A DNA stretch of 64,000 bases. It comes from Eutreptiella sp. 'Long Island Sound 2002' (Eukaryota; Protista; Euglenida). Both the position numbers and the translations under genes were made by a program. Positions within the stretch are counted from its first letter, which is position 1; every line of letters begins with the position of its first letter. Below are positions 35,579-47,413 of the stretch, in pieces. The notes under the pieces are model-generated. The model made no database searches. It was given only the letters and a program-made list of their open reading frames with translations, and was not told where the DNA came from. The stretch is taken from NCBI GenBank assembly GCA_964036045.1, contig OZ038378.1:29946001-30010000 (forward strand), in the 5' to 3' direction.

Positions 35579-37829
35579 CTGAAACAGCAGGGCAAGTGCG
35601 GCGTGGGACATGTGGTACAAGCAGCCCACATGTGCAATGTTGTTCCTTGTCTTCCCTTAGGCCAGGAGAACACACAAAATAGACAGCAGAAGACACATGG
35701 TGTACAACACCGGGTGCTTGGTCTGCGCAAATGGCCAAATAGTCGCACTGCACACGCACTTTGCTCCAGCTCCCCCCCCAGTCCCTCACGGAGAGGCCAT
35801 TCAGGTGTGGTGCACTCTGGGCCCCCTCGTCTACGCGGGCTGTAGCACCGCAGCTAGCACCGGTGGCACCCAGGGCAGGGAAGCACTCTCTGTGCCCTGG
35901 GGCCCCTCCACCTGCCCGGGGTATGCCACAGGCTGTGGGGAGCCAGACCCAGTCCATGTGGCAGCACCACCTGCGCCGAAGGCAGTCAAGTAGTGCGGGT
36001 CTGACCCCAGTCATGCCGCGTACCACCGCCTTCCTGTGCCGGCCGGCAGTTGTGGAGCAGTTGGGTAGCTTGTCCTTGTGATGTGGAGGTTGCGCTCAGC
36101 GTCAGGCTCTCCAGCCTCCCTGCTGGGGCCTGGAGCACCAGGCACACACTTCCCCGCGCCATGCGCGCAAACGCTGACCAACAGTGGAGCAAGCACGTGT
36201 GCCACAACCCACCCTCCCCCCGCTCAGACACACAAGGGCACATACACACAGGCACAGCAACATCTCCCACCCGCGAGGGCCACTGCGGGGTCTGGGGGCA
36301 GTCAACAGTCCGGCAGGCCTTGTGACCGGACACGGCCGCCCAATCCCGCAGGGAAGGGGTCGCAGACCGTGAGTTGCCAACCAGTGAGGCCTTGACCCAA
36401 CCCAACCCAACCCAACCCAGCTCAAAAGAGAGGCCATTCAGGTGGTGTGCCCTCTGGGCCCCCCTATCTACAGCAGCGTCACAACAAGGTCATCCCCGGC
36501 AGGTCCTCAGAGCAGGGAAGTGCTTTGCCTGCCCTGAGACCCCTCCAACTACCTCAGTGGCAGGCACAGGCCATGGGAAGCTCGCCCCAGCTGACAGGCA
36601 AAACCACCTGTGCCAACTGGCAATCACGGAGTGTGGAGCCTCCCCAGTCGGACCTGGAGCCCCACCTGCCCCCGTGCAACAGCAGTCGTAGGGCGGCACG
36701 GTAGTATGTCTTTGTGACCTGGAGGTTGCGGTGCCCTGGCCCATATCTCCCCTGGTGGGCTCAGCGTGTCAGGCTCCCCTAGCCTCCCCACTGCGGCCCA
36801 GAGCACTGGGCACACACAACCTCTCCAAGGCACCCACAGTCACACACACAGGCACTATGATGGCGTCTCCTGCTCACCAGCGCCACGGTGTGGTCTATGG
36901 CGGCTCTACCAGCCCGCTCAGCCTTGGAACCGGACAGCCAGGATTGGGGACCAGTGCCGCACAGGGAAGGATGTGCTGGCCTGCAGTCCCCACCTGTGTG
37001 AGGCCTGTCACAACCCAAACCCCCAGCTGGATGGTCAGAGGGTAAACCACGTCGGTTGGAAGGCAACCAAGGGTGGGTTGATGGTAGTCAGCACAGTCAC
37101 TGGGGGCGGTCCATGATGCAAAAAACAAAAACCCTTCCTCCAGAATTGCCCCTAGTTTCTAGTGAGCAGTGGGGCACTCCTGACTCCGGCATATGGCAGC
37201 ACTGTCGCGCAGAGGTAAAGCCACTGCAAGGGGCATGACACAGCTCCTGTGTGGGTGGGGGTGGGGGGCATAAAGCAGCACAGCCCATGTCACAGGGTTG
37301 AAAACTTGCCTGTGGTAGTGACGTGCCGGGCAACTGCAGTAGGGCGGCAACCAACAGTTTTTGGAGCGTGACTGACGACCGTTAGGTGACAACTGACGGC
37401 GGCTCAAGTCTCTGTCAACCAGCAGAACGCATGTTGCATTGGCACGCCTGAAGGGGCACCCAAACGCGTTTATGTGGGCAGAAGGGCCAGGGCTGTCCTG
37501 AATGGAACAAAGCAAACAACGGCTGCCCTCTTATAGCACATGATGATCAGCAAAGGCGATCGATTACTGGCCAAGCGGCGTCAGTTGACCATTGTGTACC
37601 GTCGGTTGAGAACCCACCACCGTGGGTGAACCGCCATTCTGCCACCCAAGACCTCAGGCCGTCCTCGGTCAACAAAAAGAGAAGTAACTCATTCCTAAAG
37701 GACAGCCTTGAGAATGGCAGGAAAGAGGGTATGGCATGCCTGATCTCCGTAGAATTACCAACCGCCAGCCAAACCCCCACCCTGTGCAGCATTGACCCAG
37801 GGACAGAATCATGACAGAGGGAGTGAGAC

Positions 37830-37899
37830 CTTGGATTCCTTTCTGCAGATCCGGGTGCAGCTTCAGCGAATCAAACGTCTGGGTCGCAGGGTCTGCCAT
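37830..37899 (-). CDS. DEAD-box helicase exon 1
   Basis: MADPATQTFDSLKLHPDLQKGIQ (Q-motif Phe). AG acceptor 7 nt upstream of the ATG; donor GTCTCA, phase 1, joins exon 2. Confidence 0.85.
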
Positions 37900-38225
37900 T
37901 GTGAACCTGTTAAACAAATATGGACACAACCTGAAGAGAATAGCGTCTGTGGGGGAGCCCTCGTTCGTCACTGTCACCAGAACAATGACTGCCAAGTCCA
38001 ACAACCAACCTCTGGTGGGGCGGCTCATTTTGCTGCCCCTCTGAGAAATGTTAGACCCAGCCTCGTTCAAAGGAGACGATGTAGACAGCAAATCCGTTCG
38101 GTACGAGCTGCATGTGTTGGCAGACAAGCAAAAGAAGCCCAAGTGGGCACCATGTTTAGCTTTGTGCCATTCATGTTTTGGGAGCTCAACACCGCCGTCG
38201 AACCGGTGGACTGCGGTGTTGCTAT

Positions 38226-38860
38226 TCAGATTGTGGGATACAATAGATTGCAGTTGGCCTCATGCTGAATACCCACAAGATGTGCAGTAAGAGGCTCGGG
38301 TAGTATGCCGAGGGCAAGGATGAAGGTACCAGGTAGTCCGTCAACGCAGAGGTTTGAATGGACTTGTATGTAGTGCCTACTCAGGAACAAAGTGGCAAAT
38401 GTTTTTGTGATCAACGCTCTGCTATGGTGGGTCGGTGGGCGACACTGCGACGGATTCTTGCGAGGCGGGGTCGCTGAACTCGTCGTGACTGACCGTACTT
38501 CAGCTCCTCATCCAAAATAAGCTTGCTGACATGAACGTATTTCCTGGCAATGATGGATGTTCTAACTTGCTGAGCCTCTGTGTCTGCACCCACCAAGATG
38601 CACGGCCGCGATTTCATTTTGGTCCTGTCCTCCTGCTCCTGCTCATCTTCCTCCTCTTCAGATTCAAAACTCTCCTCCTCCTCCTCACCAAAACCACTTT
38701 GGTCACCATCAGCATCTGCTTCACCGCCAGAATTGTGCCCCGTTTGTCATCTTCCTGTTATTCACCATCAACGCCACTGACACCCGAGTCATCTGCAGGC
38801 ACTTCACCAGATTCCGTTGTGTGGCCTACTGCCTAGTCCGGGTGCTCAGGCTCCACATGC
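38226..38860 (-). pseudogene. ParB-like gene remnant of element 2
   Basis: After an acidic N-terminus, KYVHVSKLILDEELKYGQSRRVQRPRL aligns with KIKVRWDQIIIDHDRKFGQVRRISDDRV of element 1. PEPLTAHLVGIQHEA aligns with PLRTRRRLAGLHQIQA. Confidence 0.7.
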
Positions 38861-39756
38861 GGATGACAGGGGTCCTCAATTTTACTTGATCCTACAGAGA
38901 GCAAGCAGGAGCCACAAGTAGGAGAAAAATAGCCCAAAACACCAAGAAATAGCCCGTCCGAGGCACCTTTTGGAATGGTGATTCGCTGTCAACAGTGAAA
39001 GTGTGTTGTAGGCAATTGGGTTCAAAGCAGTAGGTGTCTTTGGTTATCAACAAGGCACTAAGTTTCGTTTGTCACTATCACGCCAGACACTGGGTTCACC
39101 TTGTTTTGGCTATTTTCAAATTCCTTAATTTGTTGTTGAACGCAAGAGTCAGAGCAACTAGCAGGTCCTGAAACTGACATTGTGTACCATGGTGCTGCAA
39201 CATAGTGACATCTACGTCTCATTTACTTGCACCGGTTCCTTCTGCCAAGGGATGCACAATAAAGGCGCAAATTAATCTTGCACTGGTGCAAGGCTACCAT
39301 GAGTGATATCATGCTGGCACCTTTTGAATGCGCGGTACATGGACAACAGACCCACAACGGGCAGGGGGGGAGGGAAACCATAAGCGTCATGTACCACGCG
39401 CGCAGAACGTTGCACTGGATGTTATTCAGCGTATGCACCGTCCCCCATTTTGGACCCTTGTTTCCCAAGGGTTTCCTTGTCAACAGTGAAAGTGCTCTGT
39501 GATTGAATGCTATTCGTGTCATTATGATCTACTCACCATTGCATAATTGTGCTGTAATACATTCCAGCCTGCTTCACCTTGTGTTTCACAGTTGACATTG
39601 AAAGTCACTCCCTGTCCCCCGTCCGAATGGCAATTGCACTGGACACACAGGCATCAGCAAACCCGGGGTACGTGGACACATTGTGCGGCCGCAACCATTG
39701 GCAGTATGACAGGTCTGTTCGCCACTATACATCCGTGTTCCGGAGCATCACCAGCC

Positions 39757-42157
39757 CTACCCAATTAAGATATAGTCGTCGTCATCGCTTTCAGAATCAA
39801 CATAGCACAACCAATTGTCACCCAATGCCACGGCATCAAGGTTGACATAATCTCTGGAGTCCGATTGAGACCCGTTTTGGTCACCAACGCCACCTGCTCT
39901 TTTGCATTTTCTAGGTACCTTTTCCCAAATGGGCAGTACCAACGCCATAGCATCACGTGGTAGCATTCCGCGTAGGCGTGCGGCTGTTCCTGCATAGTCA
40001 TCAAAAAAGGAACTGTAGTCACGACCATGGGGCGGTTGTTGGTGCTAGATCATCTGATCAGCTACAGCCCGGCGATCTGCCTTCTCACACGCCTTGACAG
40101 AGAGGTAAAAAAGAGTGTGAAGGCTTTGGTGCAGTAGGATATACTTCGACTCAACCAAGCTTGTTGAGTCCATAAGGGCAGGTGGAAACTTGAAACTGTC
40201 TGGCCAAATGTTGGCACCTGTTACACAAGCGTCCTTAGGATTATCCTTCATCTCACCTGTTCTAATATCTACAAATGGGGCCGTGCCTAAGGTCAGACAG
40301 TGCAATAGATTTTACAACCTACCTTGCACCGTTTGGACACAACCCAATGTTATATTGGGCTTCTGCTGAAACGTGGTTCCTTGTGCAGCCTTTCTCATGG
40401 TTAACAACACAGACTCGTATTGCTCCAGTGCGGTAGCACTGAGATCATGCTGTGATGCTTTCACAAGACGAGACAGCATAGATTCCCCTTTTTCTTCAAC
40501 ATGTGCAGTACCTGGCAATGCATCATGGAACGAACTCCACAGAAGGAGAGCAATGCGGATCGTGTTTTGATAGTTGCCGACACTACGTGTTGGCTTGATC
40601 TTCCGCAGCGGAAACAGGCCGCATTCTAAAACCTTGCGTGCTGCAACACCAGTGCCACAGGCCCGATGTCTCCTGGAGCAGTAACGCACCATTATCCCTA
40701 ACTGCAAGACAGCAGGAATATAAGACTGCAATAATTCCCGCAGGGCCTCCCAACGCTCCTTTCATAGGGAAGTTTCACTGTCAACAGTGAAACCCCGGAA
40801 GCCACGGTCGAATTGAGACTGCAGTGCGGGATACGCAAGGTAGCACGAGAGAATGAGCCTCTCTAGGACAATGAGAGGGGGGTATTGGGACACCCGTGTG
40901 GCAGTTGGATCCATTAAGAAGCAATCATACCCCATGCAGATAAAAACAGGTGAAAAAGCCTCGTATAAAGCGGAGACACACGCCTTGTATGCGTGCCAAA
41001 TCCCATAGACAGGGCATATGTCACGGAGCGCACCGCGTACTAGGGAAGCAACATGCTCCCTATTGTATACAACCTTCGCAACCCTCCACCATATGTTCAT
41101 GTCACAAAGTAATCCCTTCGCTGGGTTCCGGTTACCAGGATTGTCTTGCAATCACTGCACCAAAGCGCCCCCGAATCCCGCCGTCTTGGTGACATTGATG
41201 TCCCATAACCCGTATGGCTACCATGATGAAGTCCTGGGGTTGCCCCGGCGAATATCCAACGGGCAGCGAAGAAGACCAAGGGACAGTCCATCCGATCCCA
41301 GGTCCTGCACAACAGTCAAAAACTCAGCAACCGAGTCCCACATATGCAGTCCCACGCCCTTGACCCGTGTTGTCCATTTCTCTGCAGAAGGCCACCTAGC
41401 GTACGACAATCTCCCGACAGACCTTTGAGGACAGCGACAACAGTGCACGACAAGGAGATGTCCCGTGGTCCATCCGGATTTTTGCTGTACCGGCTCTTTC
41501 AAAACTGGTCTGCCCATGTCACATAGCATCCTTGTGTCATTTCTTCGCGGATGGGCTCTTGTGCAAGGGCAACCCGGTTGGTCAATGGTGGTTCCCGATG
41601 GAGTATAAGTCCACTTTTCCGCAACTCAAGCCGCTTTTCCTTGGTCACTGCTGTTAATACCCCTGTCCTGGGGACCGTTTGTGCCACTGTCATTGGCTTT
41701 GCCAGCACCAGCATGCAGCTGAAGAGCTTGAACGCAGCAAGCACAAAGCGCAGTAGCAATTGGTTGGACCCACGACTCGACCAGTATTGCTTTAGTTCCG
41801 CTATACTTCGTCTTGTTTGAGGATTCCGACGCAGCTCCAGGGCCATCTCCACAAAACTCAAAGCTGGTCCGCCCCCCAAAGCACACTCCACCAGTGAGTC
41901 CCCGTCTTGGTACATGTTAGCCCGGTCCAGGACGTCATACAACCTCGAGCACAAGTCTCGTAGACTGAATGGGGAGGCAATGCTGTCAGTCGGAATGCCC
42001 TCTGAGGCGTCAAAGGCAGATCATATACAGACAGAACAAGCAGACAGCATTCAGTGGTTTCATAGTTGACAAGAAAAGTTGGTTGTGAGAAGGTGTCAGG
42101 TGGCACAACAGACTGGCAGAACTTGTGCAGAGGGTGAAAGACAACGTGTGGTGCCAA
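39757..42157 (-). pseudogene. Transposase remnant of element 2
   Basis: LVECALGGG..LRRNPQTRRSIAELK, VTWADQF, RCPLDIRR, LLCDMNIWWR, VYGIWHAYK, HVEEKGESMLSRL and an acidic tail are all collinear with 4215-6435. Several frameshifts. Confidence 0.8.
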
Positions 42158-44239
42158 CAGGAAGTGGCTACGAGTGGTTTCACTGTTGAGAGTTAAAGTC
42201 CTTGGGATCCAGTGCTACGCATGCCTCCCACCTGAAAGGCAGGTGGACAATAGAGTGAATGCAAGTACATTAGGGGGGCACAACGTCAATAAGATCCTCA
42301 CCTGGCACCCCACTCTCCCCCCATGCACCACAACCACAGGGAAGCCACAAGGACATAACGGATCTGGCACAACTCTATTGATGCCTCCAAGTCCTGGTGG
42401 GGTACTTTTCCTACCACTAGGGCAAGAAATCTCGTGTCGCACCACATGGTCAACTATATGCTACAAAACATGTCTACAAACTACCGGTTCGGTAGTACTA
42501 GGGGGCACAATGTTGGTCGGTCTCAGAAATTGGAGGCCCCCGCCCAGGCAGTTCCAGCCCATGTTCTCAGTGTGCAATGATCCCGCCATCTGGTAGTACT
42601 AGTAGTGTACCCCCCCTGCAACGGGGCACTTACCATGCCGAGTGGGTAATTGAAGCTTTACGCTCAGCACAGGACGACCAAGGTGCAGAACACCCCTTGC
42701 ATATCAAAGCCACCCTCGAAGATTTGGGGGCAGCCATTCACCTCTCATTATAGAGTGGCTTGAGATTTCCCTCTAAGTGAGTGCGCAAAACGTTCTTCAT
42801 GTTGATCGATCAAGGGAAAGAATGTGAGGCAAAATCGCACATGATAGAAGGAAACATCGAGAAAGCTCGAAAGGTCCTTCAGGGACACATGCGAATCAAC
42901 AAATCAAGTTGACAAAGCCAAACATCTACACTCTCTTGCACAATCTTGATGAGCATCTAGGTGATACTATCCGACAACAACAAGCTGCAGTTGTACGGCA
43001 ACAACAAGTGCTCGTGGAACCATGAGCCAAAATGGATCGCCAGCTTGCCATTGCAGTTGGCTCTTCACCATTAAAAAAGAAAGAGTGCCATGCACCAATT
43101 CAAACACTCCCTGAAACACCATGAACACCACAACAAACCCATGCCATCATCCTAGGTCTGCCGCAAACTAATACACAACCTGTACATGGCATGAGAGCAA
43201 ATGAACAAATTGCTCACGCAAGAGGCCTGCAGATTGCTGCTTGACTCTAAGCAGCAGATGGCAGCTTGACTCTAAGCAGCAACAACCGATGCTGCGATCT
43301 CTATGGGAGACGCCTTTCCTTGCAGTGCAAAATGTTTTTGTTCGGAATTCCATAGGAATGAAACAAGGGCTGGTTTGAGCGGGGCTTCAAGCGGTGCGGT
43401 GGCTTGGAGGAGTCGTTGGAGGACTATAATGAGGTCCTCAAGGTCTTGATGGTCGCTGATATTGAGCACTTGTTGGGCCATTGGCAAGTCAACTAGGGGG
43501 ATGATTCCCTGGGCTGGCGAATTGTTGCACGTCGCCATTTTGAACAAAGGGCTCCTCAAGAATGTCTTGGCGTAGGGGGAGGCAATTACCCGGGGTAGTC
43601 GAGGTTCAAGAGGGGTTCGGAGTAGAAGTTTCAGAGTGTGTAGCGACCAGTGTATGCCAAGCGAAAGTGTGCAGGGGGTGTGGGGTACAGACCCCAGTCA
43701 CAGATCTTCAAGAGGCGCCCGTAGCAAAAGAAATCAAGCATCCAGAAATACGTAGTAGATCTTGGCGTGACGCAGATGGTCTACACAGTGTTGCTGCCCA
43801 GTAGGGCTGAGGAATGTGTGTGTAAGATTGATGGGCCTCAGTCTTTGCTAGAGTGACAGGGGTGACGATGTCTCAACAATGCTCTGGGGCATGGTCCCAA
43901 GGGAGCGCACGGCCAGAAGACATCGAAAAAAATAGACGCCCAAAAAGTGTTTTGGTGGGGAAAGGGGGGGTCCGAAGGGTTGAGGGGGGCAAACTCATGC
44001 AAAAAAATACATACAATCCAGACCTGGGGGTGGGCTGAACCTTCCCCAAGTACAGGCTTGACCATTGGTTTGTGGTCCCCTCAGCCTCCATACCTCAAGG
44101 CCACATGCACCTCCACTGCCATGCACCTCCACTCTTACTTGGATGTGCATCGTCCAGGTGGGCTTGTAGCGGCCACCGGGCTAAGTATGAACTTGGGTGG
44201 GCGCGCTTTCAACTGGGGCAGCCAGGCTTTTGATTTGAG

Positions 44240-46110
44240 GTGGGAAGGGGGGTCAACCCCCTGCCTAGACCCCCCCCAAAAAGGGGCTCGATTGACGGGA
44301 CCCCCAAAATACTACCGAGACTGACCCCTAGGCCTCGGAGGTGACCTAGACCCGAAAATCGGCAAAAAAAAATGAAACTGGGATTTATGGAATCAGCGCG
44401 TCAAGGGGGTTTAGAAAATTAATTATTTGCCATATATTTGGTGAAAAAAACTGACCGCTTTTAATGCGCAAAAAAAATCTGGTGCAAGAGTTCATAATAA
44501 CTGATTAATGGTCCTATCAATTGAACCCTTATCCCAGCCCCCCCCCCCCAGTTTTGGGGGGGCTCTATTGACACGCCCCCTCCCCCAGTTGAAAGCCCTA
44601 TAGCCCCTGGGGGGGGGGGGGTATCTGCGCTGCGCACGCACTGCGTGCTACTTTTACGCCGGGTATACCCGGGATGGTTTGGCTTCTAACACCTCCCAAA
44701 ATACCTCCTACGGAGAGCAAAACCTTGGGTACACGACCTGTGGAAACATCCCTCTACCTTGCCCCTATCCAACGCCTCCCAAGGTGAAAATACATATACA
44801 ACCCTGACAGTAGCAATGGCGGAGTACTGACTTCACCAAGTAGAAGCCTTCCTTAGCCATTTGTTCGGTGTTTCTAAGGAGAGTTTCTTCCCCTTCATTG
44901 GGATTGGCAGCACCTAGCACCTAGAAGTCCAACGCCACTACCTCCTCGTTATTCAGCTCCCATTCTTCCCCCCATCACCCCAACTCAAGGGGCCACACCG
45001 AAGTGAAAGAGTCCATTACCCCAACTCAAGGTGCCATACCAAAGTGTAGGAGTCCATGGTGGAGATGAGCAAAAGGTGTGAAAAGGGGTGGAAATGGGTG
45101 AAAGTGGGTGAAAATACAAAAATGCCATACCCCCAATGTGGAAGAAGCATCAAAACCTACGCTAGGGGCAACAATGATGCCCCTAGTATCACAAAATGTG
45201 GGTCTCCAGTACGGCTAGACGCCCAAATAGTTGCACTGCGCCTGCATGGCGCCACGTGTGCCCCCATAAGATGGCCCCTTGCGAGCAACCACCACCCTAG
45301 TTTGGGGTCTCCTTGCACAATCGTCCATTTTTCCTACCCTTGTTCTCAATAACGTAGGGAAATTATGGCTTTTGTGGCCTAGCTACCAGCTTATCTCCTG
45401 CTGCTTTGTCGGGCCAGACAGCTGAATCTCTGTGCTTCGTCAGGTCCACCCCCTGAGGGGGCGCAAGCAGGTCTCAAAGCGCTCTACACATGCACGTCCT
45501 GGTATGAATATGCAGCAATGTCCGGCAGTTCCGCATGATCACAGGTCTGATACACGTGTGCTACCATTGTCTGCACCTGATGGTCTTTATTTTGTCAACA
45601 CGTCAGTGTTTATATGCTACAAGACAGGAAAAGGCGCCCTGCTGCTGCCCTGCTGCTGCCATCCTGCATCCGAGTCACCTTGCGTGTGCTGGCACTCCTG
45701 GGCCAAGTAACCTGGACTAGGACTTCATCTCAGGGGAAGAGTGTGGGGGGTATGGGGTGTACCGTGGTAGGTAAAATCAAAGCATTAGAAAGATAGGGGG
45801 GGAGATACAGCCCTCTGCTAGAGCCCCCCTCCCCCAAAAAAGGCTCAACTGATGCCCGCCCCCCCCAAAATCCTACCGAGACGGACCCTGGGCCCCAGAG
45901 GTGACCCGGACCCAAAATTTCGGACCCGAAATTTGGCAAAAAACGAAAATGGGATTTTGGAATCAGCGCGTCAAGGGGGTTCAGAGAAGTCATCCTTTGC
46001 CATGTATTTGGGGGGAAAACAATTGACCATTTTCAATGCTCACAAAACCTTTTCAGCGCCAGAGCTCATCACAACAAAAAATGGTCCTGTGGATTGAGCC
46101 CTTTTCCCAA
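44240..46110 (+). repeat. Two direct copies of a ~290-bp dispersed repeat (about 44240-44530 and 45810-46110)
   Basis: Shared ctaccgagac..gaggtgacc..gacc..ggaatcagcgcgtcaagggggtt blocks. Confidence 0.75.
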
Positions 46111-47413
46111 TCTCCCGCCCAGCTGAAAACCCGACTTCCCCTTCAGGTTGCACTAGCACCAAAGCAATACTCTTCAGAATAGGCGCATGAGTGGTCCTTG
46201 GCTTTTCCTGTTTGCGTCTTCATTGCACACTGACCAGCCCTTCCGCCAGACCCTGTGCCCCAGCCCTTCTACCTTAACCACTCGGCCTCAGCCCCTCAGC
46301 CCCAGCCCTTATGACTACCCAAGTCCCCTGTAACTTGGCCTCGCAGCCTAACCCCCTGTGCCTCAGGCCCTGTGTCTCAGCCGCTCTGCCTCAAGCAGAG
46401 GGCAATGTGATGTGGATCTCTGCTGTAGGGCCACAAAGCAATCCAGCTGTGGACCTGGGCTCTGCACAGCAGCTGTCCGAGGCTTTGGCCCAGCGCTGTG
46501 GCGTGCGTGTAGGACCAGCGCATGATCACATCCCCCTCGTGCAAGAGTACGGGCCCTGGATATGCCGCGCTGCACGTGCTGTATCCGTGGGAATCCCGAC
46601 CCCAAAAAGCACTTTTGTCCAACGAACCTTTGAGCGTACATCTGCAATGGCAACGGGCGGTTGTGACAACGAGATCGTTCTTGGTGTCCAATGCTGAGCC
46701 TTGGGACCGCCGTCCGTGCTGGCAACCACCTGCCAGCCACCTGCGGTGAGCAGCCAGCCAGCAGTCGCTCACTGGCCACTGGCGGTTGGCGACCAACGTC
46801 TGGCAGCTACTGGCTGCCTTTGTTGGTAAACTGCCAAGCGCTGTCGATTCCTGAACTGCTGGTTGATTGAATGACCTTTGGAGGAAAGCGGAGTTGAACT
46901 GCAACGGGCTGTGGTCTTCTGTTGCCCCCTTGTTTCTGCTAAATGCATCGGTGAAGCGTCTAGTTTTGTGCTTGCATGCCTCTTCGCTGTGCCAACAACT
47001 GCATGACTCGTACCCACCCACCCCCGCAGGAGGGACTGTGCAAAGCGGGGGGACTGTTCAAAGGGGGCAAGGGGGATAGTAGATCCATATGTTGAACATA
47101 GCTTTGATTATCTCGGCACTCGGTGGTATGATGGGCAGTTAGCACAAGGATTCCGCACTGGTATCCGCTGCTTCAAGAGGTGGGGGGCGGGGGGGGGGGG
47201 GGGCTGCTAGTAACTGTCAGATACGATCAAACCGTATCCTTCCCACGCCAACTGCGGCTGCAACGGATTTGTGACCGCCGTCTCATGCTCCACAACTGAT
47301 TTTGCAAGCGTGGCCAACCGGTGTCACAGGCCTTTGCCGCATCAACCCGTGGCCAGCCCCCTCCCTTCCCAGCCTCGAAATTGCAAGTCTGCTGCCCGCA
47401 CCGACAGCCGCTC

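Larger units (their letters stand above)
38226..42197 (-). mobile_element. Degenerate second member of the transposase + ParB-like family (termini not found)
   Basis: Same gene order and strand as 474-7012. Own palindrome TTTCACTGTCAACAGTGAAA at 38981, 39472, 39584, 40773, 42178. Confidence 0.8.

Noticed and set aside
17752-37829. Euglenid non-conventional introns in the helicase gene
   Set aside because: All four complete introns resolve as in-frame GT-AG, and I saw no CAG/CTG end-pairing at the expected positions.
39223-39522. Possible third gene between the two genes of element 2
   Set aside because: No counterpart in element 1 and no recognisable motif.
42200-42700. TIR for element 2
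   Set aside because: No inverted partner or similarity to the element-1 TIR found; the ends are probably eroded.
46311-47145. Several 60-214 aa ORFs downstream of the THUMP gene
   Set aside because: No recognisable motif or consistent splice pattern.
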